From the NCBI RefSeq assembly GCF_964355755.1, contig NC_092673.1, positions 558,001 to 622,000 on the forward strand: 64,000 bases of DNA. Direction: 5' to 3'. Below the pieces are notes generated by a model. That model ran no database searches and was not told the origin of the DNA. It worked only from the letters and a program-made list of their open reading frames with translations. The position numbers were made by a program, and so were the translations under genes. Of the stretch, positions 55,189-64,000 are shown in pieces. How positions within the stretch are numbered: the stretch's first letter is position 1; every line of letters starts with the position of its first letter. This stretch comes from Antedon mediterranea (lineage: Eukaryota; Animalia; Echinodermata).

Positions 55189-58100
55189 ATGGAGTCGTCA
55201 GAAGCCGAGACAGTTTCGCACAATGGACAAAATTCGGAGGGTCTTGACGATAAAATACAGTCTATAAACCCAAAAGAAGATAATGCAGAAGGTAGAGAAA
55301 TTAGTGCAGACTCTTTTGATCAAAGGTAATGTACTATGTAGTTTTCTACAGCGAGAAAATATATATATACGTTAGGCCCCGTTTCGTTGGAGAGCTAGGC
55401 TAGCCATCAGCAGGTTGTACAACACGGCCCGCGCATGGCATAACAAAATGTGTTGGCGGCGGTATACTAAACTATTATTATAAGACAGATTATCATGCCG
55501 AGAGGACCTAGCCCTTGTGTGTGTTTTTTGTGGCGAATTCTTTTAGGTGAACTAAACAAGTCTACATTTTGTTTTTGATTCTGGTTGCTTTTTTTGATTT
55601 TTTTTTTGTGTTTTATTTTTTTCTGCTGTGCCTTTCTGTACGTGTGTCCTGCATGCCTGCTTTTAATTTTAAATACTGTAGTATATTTTAATTTTAGTTG
55701 AAGTTATTTTTTGTAAACTCATGATTTAATTTTGCAGGTTCAGTGCACCATTTCAGAGAGGGCCACCTCCAAGGTTTTCAGGCCCACCACCTAACATGAG
55801 ATCACCTCCACCAAACTATGGACCACACTCAAGGGGAGGTGGTATGCCAAGAATGCCTCCACCCTTTGGAAGACCGCCCTTCGACAGGCCTCCTATGCCA
55901 TTCAACATGCCTCCTCCTTTAGGGGTAAGCTTTATTAATATCCTTTTATTATAAAAGACAAAACAAAAAATACATAAAAAAACACATTTTATTTATTGTA
56001 ACATTATACACAGGTAAGTGATTAATTTTAATTTATTTTTCAGCGTCCGCCATTTGTAACTCCAGGTGGAATGCCACCTCCATTAATGCCACCTGGAATG
56101 GGCCAAGGACCGCTTCCTATACCTGCCACCACTACGCCATCTCAAGCTCAAACAACAGCACCAACAGCAACTACAACAGTCCCTCCTAATCCCACAGTAC
56201 TGGATCCTAACCAAGATTTCTGGGTTGAGACTAAAACACCAGAAGGAAAGGTATCGTCTTTTAGCATTATTTGTGTACATATATTTTTTTATACAGTGCA
56301 AATTCAAAATTAAGCAATTAAAATGGACCTGAAATGGACTTTCGATTTTCAAGAAATTCACACATGTTATTTAAATGTATCAAATTAACACAAACCCATA
56401 CAAATAAAAACAAAATGTATAGTATTTTGAGTAAAAACGAAATTTTAAGATACCATGGTAAATTAGCGAAAATTACTCGCGCCATTTGCAATATTCTATT
56501 TCAACGGCCGTCGGAAGCCTCTATATTCACGACGTCACATATACACACGATGATATCGACATAACAGCGTGTATGCCGCCCGATAGTCAGCACTCAGTGA
56601 ATCGACGGCCTGGAAAGATACGCGAACCGTTGACACTAATACTAATTTATTCAATATCTAATGTTGTTGAAATATAGGTCCCTAAAATGTACTTCGTTTG
56701 TTCTAAAAACCGAATTTAGAAGGCCTACCTCCCAAACCTTTACTAGGCCTAGGCCCCCAATCCAGCGCGCGGAGTCGATCCACCCACATCATGCGGCGAG
56801 GCTCCGTTTCATGTGCATCCAAGGACCAAAGCAATATCAACAACTTGCTGCGCTCATTGTCAAGCCAAAGTAAAATATGAATAAAATTCGTTTTCGAACT
56901 GCCTGATTCGTGACAAATAAACTATCATCTCATATTACTAATTTAATTCTGCTAAACTAAAAACTAAAGAAACTATACACATTTTAGCAGTATAAATTAC
57001 GAACGATATACAAAATACACGAACGGAAAATATGGATACGCATCATTGCGCACGGAGCTGTATCCCGGACAACGTTGCCAGGCCAACTTCGGTATTGCCA
57101 GAAAAAACCCGTTGATTTTAAGATTTTAAATCGTCATTTACTCGATGAATAACCGTTTATGCGGTAATAATTTTATCTAAAAAAATTCTAAATACGTTTC
57201 TGCAAATGCACAAGCATTTTTTAGAAAATACTCCATAGATTTCAAGAGTTATAGCCAAAAAACTGGGATAGGAATAGGTTCGCAAAGTGACGTCACCCGC
57301 GAATTATTTTGATTTTCAAATGGGGCTTTCCCCAAAAGGGCCAATTTATATTTTGTAACAATATACATTCTAGCAACACCTAATAGCCCCCAAAACATCA
57401 TTCTAAAATGAAAAAAATCGAAAATCCATTTCAGGTCCATTTTAAGAAAGTAAAAATCAAATTTAAAAGGCAAAAAATAAAAGAAAAAAAAAAAATGGGA
57501 GATTTTATAGAAATAAGAAAAAAAAATAAATAAAATAACAATGAAAAAAATTTTTAAAAATAAGTATTTGAAAGAAAACAAATCAATGAGGAATAAATAT
57601 AAATTTATGATTAGATAAAAATTTTAATTCTTGTTTTTTTCTTATGACACCAGATATACTATTACCATGCCAAGACACGAGAATCAAAATGGTCAAAACC
57701 TGATAATGTTAAAGTTGTTCAGCAAAGTGAGTTGCAGGCTGCCGCAGCTGCAGTTGCTGTGGCAGCAGCTCAATCTGGAAATGTGGTTGCAAAACAATCC
57801 AATCAAGAGGCAGCAAATACAGAAAATGTGGAAACTCAGGGTAAAATAATATAAATGTATACATTAGCAGTGTAAACGTATGTTATACATATTGTACATA
57901 TTTTTGTATTTCTATCATGTTATTATTACAATTATAAATTTATTTTAGAAACAATAAAGAGTAAACAGGCAAAGATGTAATTACTGTATGTATATTATAT
58001 GAAGAAATGTTAAATTAAATCATAATTTTGACATTTCTAAAATACTCTAATTTTACTATGGCACTAAAACACACCGTTTGCCCATTGTATTCACACACTA

Positions 58101-61100
58101 AACCCTTTTATTATAATGTTTGTTAAATTCTGTGTTATATTATTTCAGACAAGCCCAATTCAAACCAGTCAGCTGTGTCAGACAATCAACAGGAGCCAGT
58201 CACAAGTGTACCTAGCCAGCAACCCCAGCAAGAAAGCCATAAGGCTGGCAACCAACAAGCCTCAAATATGCCGCCAATTAGGCCTCTACTTCCCCTACCT
58301 GGCCAAGGACATATGATGCCTCACGGACCAATGGGTCTTCTTCCACCTCCCATGGGTATGCCTTTACCCCCTCATTTGTCTGGAATGCCACATATGCCAA
58401 TGCCAGGTAAGAATTAATTAGTAGATTTAGTCATAAGACAGCAGTTTATATGGTGTTTTCAACCAAGTACTCATTTACAGCTGAGTAGACTGAGAATTGA
58501 ACCCAGGTCAGTCAAGTGTCCTAACCACTCGACTACCCTATATTTATGTATGGTTATAGTAAATGATTAAATTTTAGTTGTTATTAGAAAATTCTTAACC
58601 TCTTTCAGGTATGATGCCAATGCGGATGCCAGGACACATGTTTCCACCCGGTCTTCCAATGGTACCTCCTAACATGATATCAATGGGGCCACCAGGAACA
58701 GGTGGCTTACCAAACATGAGTGACTGGTCTGAACATCATGCTAGAGATGGCAGAGTTTATTATTACAACAAACGAACTATGGAATCAACTTGGGAAAAAC
58801 CCAAAGAATTGATAGAACAAGAAAATAAGTCAGGTACTTAGATTTGAAACGTACTAAAACATGATCTTTTATATAAGGCTAACATTAGATTTATGAAAAC
58901 GATTTTGAAAGAAGTCAAGAATGTAAAATATAAATTTATTTAATATTTCAACAGACAACAAAGAGGAAAAGGATGTAATGGCTAAAGAAAACAATATGGA
59001 TAAACAAAATGAAGAGAGAATGGAAGTTGATAAGAATGATGAGGCAGAAAAGAAAGATAAAGAAGATAAAAAAGAAGAGGAAAAAGAGGTATAAATATGT
59101 CAATCTCATTTTTAAATCTTTTTCTGTCCATAAATATCATAATCTGACTTAATAACTTAAAATTATGGTTTGTTTCATTTGTATTGGGCTTTCAATTTAT
59201 TTTGTGTAATAAAATGTTGCAACTGCCAAACATAATCATTTCAATGCATTTTGATACTTGCATGTAATGAAATATAATATTTATAATTATAGGCTGAGGA
59301 TAAAGAGGAGGAGATGACAGAAGAAGAAAAGGCAGCTGAGAAAGCTAAACCAATCGCCACTAAACCTGTCCCTGGTACTCCATGGTAAGCAAAACTTGAC
59401 TTGTATCCAAACTTTAAACCTGTCCCTGGTACTCCATGGTAAGCTAACCCTATCACCACTAAACCTGTCCCTGGTACTCCATGGTAAGCTAACCCTATCA
59501 CCACTAAACCTGTCCCAGATTCTCCATGGTAACAAACTGTGCTTTCGTTTATCTGCATCAACTAATTTTCACTCGGAGAAGGGTACTATCAAAGAAGTCT
59601 AAATACTAAATAACATAACAAAACTAAATAAACTTTTTTTTAAACCCCAAATTGTAACGATATTAACCTTACTTGAAATCTTTGTGTTTTTTTTTAGGTG
59701 TATTGTTTGGACAGGCGATGGGAAGGTATTCTTTTTCAACCCAAGTACAAGACTATCTCTTTGGGATCGACCAGATGAATTGGTTGGTCGTGCTGATGTC
59801 GATAGAATGGTCTTGGCTCCTCCCCCAGACCAAGAAAAGGAAACGGAAAATAGTAAGTTATCAAGTTTTATTTTTTTTAAATGGTCTTTTAGAATGCATA
59901 ATTGGAAATAATAAAGTTGTTTAATCAGAATATTGCTTACTATGTTTTTTTGCACATCAACTTAAATATATTTTGACATTTTTAACTTAGCTGCTCAGAA
60001 AAAGAAAATGGAAGATGATACAAATGTCGAGGAACAGCCAAAAGCAAAGAAAAAGAAGAAAGAAAAACCAGAAAAAGAATCAAATGTTGAGAAGGAGGCA
60101 TCAATTGAAGCTGAAGTGAAAGCTGCTAGAGAACGTGCTATTGTGCCGCTAGACATACGCATGAAACAGTTCAAAGACATGCTCTTGGAGCGTTCGGTAT
60201 GTTTATTGATACCTCTTGTTAATTCACTGTGGACTTAACTAATCAATATTCCGTTTATCTAGCCAGAAATGCTTTACTAGCTTAGAGTTTGCTCAAGGTG
60301 CTTGTGGGAAAATCAAAGGAAACAAATCCATAAACCTAATACAAACAACTACCAAAACTTGACAAAAAACCCATTTGACTTTTTATACTGGGCTATTGAG
60401 TTGAATAGAGAAAAATTATTAACTATTTCTCATAGGGAATTTGGCTTACAATAATCTTTTTGTTATTAAAATTATAACCGTAAGCTTGTTCATTGAAATA
60501 CTGCGATAACATAAAAAAACACATACTCAATTGTCATGTGTTTTTACAGGTGTCTGCATTTTCACTCAATTGTATTGTGTTCTTACAGGTGTCTGTATTT
60601 TCACTCAATTGTCTTGTGTTCTTTAAACAGGTGTCTGCATTTTCACTCAATTGTCTTGTGTTCTTTAAACAGGTGTCTGCATTTTCTACCTGGGAAAAGG
60701 AGCTTCATAAGATAGTTTTCGACCCACGTTACCTTCTTCTAAGCCCAAAAGAAAGAAAACAAGTTTTTGAAAAGTATGTCAAGTCTAGAGCAGATGAAGA
60801 AAGGAAGGAGAAAGCACAGAAAGTGAAGCAACACAAAGATGAGTACAGGGCATTGATGGAGGAAGCTAAACTTGTCCCAAAGTATGTTTGTTTTCTAAGT
60901 CTGCTTTAGTTCAATGATATATTGTCCCCCTGAAAAAAAAAATATCTATCAAAGTGTTTTGCTTGTTGTTGAATCATTTAATTGTCATAAATATATATTT
61001 TTTTTAAGGTTTACATGATGATATAAATATGTTGATATCAAATCATATTGAGAGAAACTCGACAGTTCTTTACGAAACTAAACTTACGTAGTGTACCGCA

Positions 61101-61308
61101 AACTTTATTTCAACTTATTAAATATAAAGATTGGTATTATTAAATTATAATTTTTAAGGTCAACATTCAGCGATTTTGCTCAGAAATTTGGGAAGGACCA
61201 AAGATTTAAAAACATTGAGAAGATGCGTGAACGTGAGGGCGTCTTTAACGAGTACATGATTGAAGTCCGCAAACAAGTTAAACAGCAAAGCCAGACAAAG
61301 TTGGAGAA
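55189..61308 (+). CDS. TCERG1: Transcription elongation regulator 1 (CA150; 3 WW plus FF domains), partial, continues past the window
   Basis: Exons ~55189-55325, 55738-55924, 56044-56250, 57654-57840, 58149-58406, 58609-58834, 58954-59088, 59293-59384, 59698-59851, 59991-60196, 60673-60881, 61159-61308. Pro-rich N-terminus, WW1 [13 protein letters not shown]2 [17 protein letters not shown]3 [22 protein letters not shown]1 [20 protein letters not shown]. Confidence 0.95.
56322..57441. mobile_element. Non-autonomous DNA transposon with TTAA TSD and ~28-bp TIR (Kolobok-like) in TCERG1 intron 3
   Basis: TTAA|AATGGACCTGAAATGGACTTTCGATTTT ... AAAATCGAAAATCCATTTCAGGTCCATT|TTAA. Confidence 0.85.
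58462..58537 (-). mobile_element. Possible truncated SINE
   Basis: GTACTCATTTACAGCTGAGTAGACTG next to a reverse-strand tRNA-like GGTAGTCGAGTGGTTAGGACAC...CTGGGTTCAATTC (A and B boxes). Confidence 0.5.
59343..59533 (+). repeat. Tandem repeat x4 of the TCERG1 exon end plus 5' splice site
   Basis: AAACCTGTCCCTGGTACTCCATG|GTAA with GT at 59385, 59439, 59484 and 59529. Confidence 0.93.
60525..60686 (+). repeat. Tandem repeat x4 of a TCERG1 3' splice site plus exon start
   Basis: ACTCAATTGT...ACAG|GTGTCTG(C/T)ATTTTC with exon starts at 60550, 60589, 60631 and 60673. Confidence 0.95.
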
Positions 61309-61794
61309 GGTAGACCAAATTTATTACCAGGGTGTGAGGAGTGAAAGTGTTTGTAAGAGAGGTTGACTGTTTCTCAAAATAGTACTTGACAAATTCACAA
61401 CCAACAATGTTGATGCTTAACTCAATTTTGTTAATATTTTTGGCACCATAAGCTATGACTTAACTAAAATGTATATCCAATTAATATCTAACATTTGCTA
61501 TGAACATGTTACCTATTACTTTTACCTAAACATTTTAAAATTGCAAGAAAAGAAGATTATAAATTACTTCTGATATAGAAGAAAGTCATAAAATAAAATT
61601 GAAATAAAAATGTGTTGTTTGATAAACATTTTGGGAAACAAACAGAAATGGCTGTATAACGGCTTAGTCATTAGAATATTTGACTAAGCTTTTTTCAGTA
61701 TGAGAGATACTGATTCCAATACAACATACCTTCATTTCTGACAACCTGCGTGTGGAGAGAAAGGAATCATTTTACTGAAATTTATTTTTATATA

Positions 61795-61958
61795 CAGTGG
61801 AAATTTGGACCACCTTTAAAAACGTCCCAAAAACATAACTGTTCAATAATTATTTGTTGTTAATCAAGATACAGTGCTTAAGTCTGTATCTTCTTGTAGA
61901 ATTTTGACCAATTTCAATATATTTTCCCCATATATGATCTATATATTAGTTTCCACTG
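61795..61958. mobile_element. Tc1/mariner-like MITE
   Basis: TA|CAGTGGAAA...TTTCCACTG|TA. Confidence 0.6.
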
Positions 61959-62893
61959 TATAAAGGCATGAAATTGTGTTTACTTTTTTCAATTATTCTA
62001 TTTAAAATTCACTCAACTCAATCTATGATTTAGCGCTGGACCAGAGAAACATAATATAATATAATTTATAGTGACAATTTTGGAGGACATATTTATTTTT
62101 TTGTTATTCATGGACTTTACCACGGATATAATCTGGTGTAAACAAATTTATGTTTAATAAGCTAACCGGCCTTGTTCTTTTTAATACTAAGAATGTAGTC
62201 TTTACAGTGCGCCTCAGGAGTTCTAAGCAGACCAGAGCTCAAAACTTGAGAACCCCTTGCAAGGTGCATTAAAAGAAAAGGAAAGGAGCAAAGCATTGTG
62301 GGTGATATAAATCTTCTACAGCCTCATTGGCCAGACAACTCTGGTACAAAAATGTTCTATATCTATCATTTTGAGCAGGTGATGTTGTGGTTAAACACAG
62401 ACAGAGAGTTTAGCTCTTTTCTAGTTTTTTAGAAGGTGTGTATGAGTTACTTAGGCTTGGGTCTGTCAACAGAGTTCCTTTCTGCTTAAGTAAGAAAACA
62501 AATTCACATGCCTCTTCAAATTTTAAGACCTACTCAATTAAATATTCAATTTCAATTGAAAAGAAAATCAGTTCTTTTTTCAGCATAAAAATTAGAACGA
62601 GGCTTGTGAATATTTTTCATACTTAACACTTTCTATTGGAGCTGAATGACCTCTTTGTATCCAGAAAATAAGTTTGTTTTCTTCATGGATCTCTTAGTAG
62701 TGAGTAATACCAGGAATGACGTGCAATAGTAGGTTGGAATTATTCCATACGATTGGGTGGTTTTGGATGAGATGTATGAGTGTTTACTTTACTTATGAGT
62801 GTTATTTAGTATGTATATGTAGCAACAGGTTTTTCAAACACCTTCTAATTAAAAAACTTAATATAAAATAGATAGACTATCCCTGGATCTTAA

Positions 62894-63736
62894 CACTTTG
62901 ACTGCCAAACACGAAATAACATACACCGCGCATCACAGTAGCGCGTACAGCGATGGTTTGGCGCATTGTGTATCGGTCGCGCGCTAGCTATGCCGCCGAA
63001 GCATTACAAAGGTTTATGTGGATTGGCATGTTTGTTTGTTATCTGAATAAAAAATAATGGATGAATTTTCAATAAGAAGTCATTAATTTTATTATTGTAT
63101 GTATACCCTAATTGTTTTGGTGTTTCACTGTAAGTGGCCGAGTTTCACGCAACAAACTTGATTAGAAATGGTATGAATATTATCATCACTTTACTAGCTA
63201 GGCTAGGCTAGTAGTACTAGGCTATAGCCTAGGCCTAGTCATAAAACGGTTCCGGACCAACTTTAGGCCTAGTTAACTAGGCCTGGTGTCTTTACTATGT
63301 GGATTTTGGCGAAACATTGATGTAAGATTTATGATTTATAAAATGTAATACATTTTTCGATAGTGATAACTTGTTTTTATAGGCCTACCGGTGCCGTGTA
63401 AGTAACTTGTTCGTTGTTTGTTGATCTCACCGGGCGATATTTTCATATTGTGATGTCTTGCACAAAATCGCGAATATCTCTACTTTCTTGCGCGAAACTA
63501 CGAAAAACTCACAAAGTGCGTTACTTTCATTTTACTATTACGATTTACATTTTGCGATTTGAAAATCGTTCTTGGTACCATTGTAAAGCTAAAGTCTTTA
63601 TGATTATTTTAGTCTAAATTACATGTAAATCAGATCACATACATAGTTTCAATCAGCTTTAATAAAAACATCGAATTGGGCTATAAACGCTGGCGGTGGC
63701 AGTTTCTAACTGGAAAAACCTCTGGCAGTCAAAGTG
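62894..63736. mobile_element. Non-autonomous DNA transposon with TTAA TSD (piggyBac-like)
   Basis: TTAA|CACTTTGACTGCCA ... TGGCAGTCAAAGTG|TTAA, a perfect 14-bp TIR. Confidence 0.85.
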
Positions 63737-64000
63737 TTAATGGTTTATATAAAACCTATAATAAAAACGTAATGAACTCCTTGGTACCAAACTAAATCAA
63801 AGCATAAGGTTAGGTAATAATGTGTGTGAAGTACCTTTAGGTAAGTATCATACTTTATATTTCTTCAAGACAAACACCCCTGCACATAAATGGAACAGCC
63901 TTTCAACATTTTATTTTTAGTTTAAGATCACTAGTTAATGTAGCTGTTGAAAATAGAAACATATCTGCACTATTATTTACTCTCTTTTTTTCCCCCATTT

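Noticed and set aside
55938-55947. ATATCCTTTT U12 AT-AC donor-like motif in TCERG1 intron 2
   Set aside because: A canonical GTAAGC donor just upstream already gives the correct frame, and no U12 branch with an AC acceptor was seen
59241-59602. Overlapping ORFs with repeated peptides
   Set aside because: By-products of the splice-donor tandem repeat

Overview
This is AT-rich, intron-containing animal genomic DNA, not prokaryotic. It is probably an invertebrate deuterostome such as an echinoderm, which is an inference from gene content and abundant TAGGCCTA motifs. Seven protein-coding genes can be reconstructed: ATOH8/net bHLH (+); a tyramine type-1-like GPCR (-) and a second aminergic GPCR (+), divergent and with intronless CDSs; SPEF1 (-) head-to-head with SFI1 (+); and EXOC4/Sec8 (-) head-to-head with TCERG1 (+, runs off the window end). 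Introns and spacers hold non-autonomous DNA transposons (Mutator-, Kolobok-, piggyBac-, Tc1- and Harbinger-like), a decayed Myb/SANT-like ORF, micro- and minisatellites, and many 20-90 bp tandem duplications. The most unusual signals are tandem duplications that copy functional gene boundaries: four in-frame 3' splice sites and four stop-inducing 5' splice sites in TCERG1, and a triplicated stop-codon region in SFI1. Also notable are a U12-type intron in SFI1 and a 124-bp gap between the EXOC4 and TCERG1 start codons. Exon coordinates were read by eye and may be off by a few bases.
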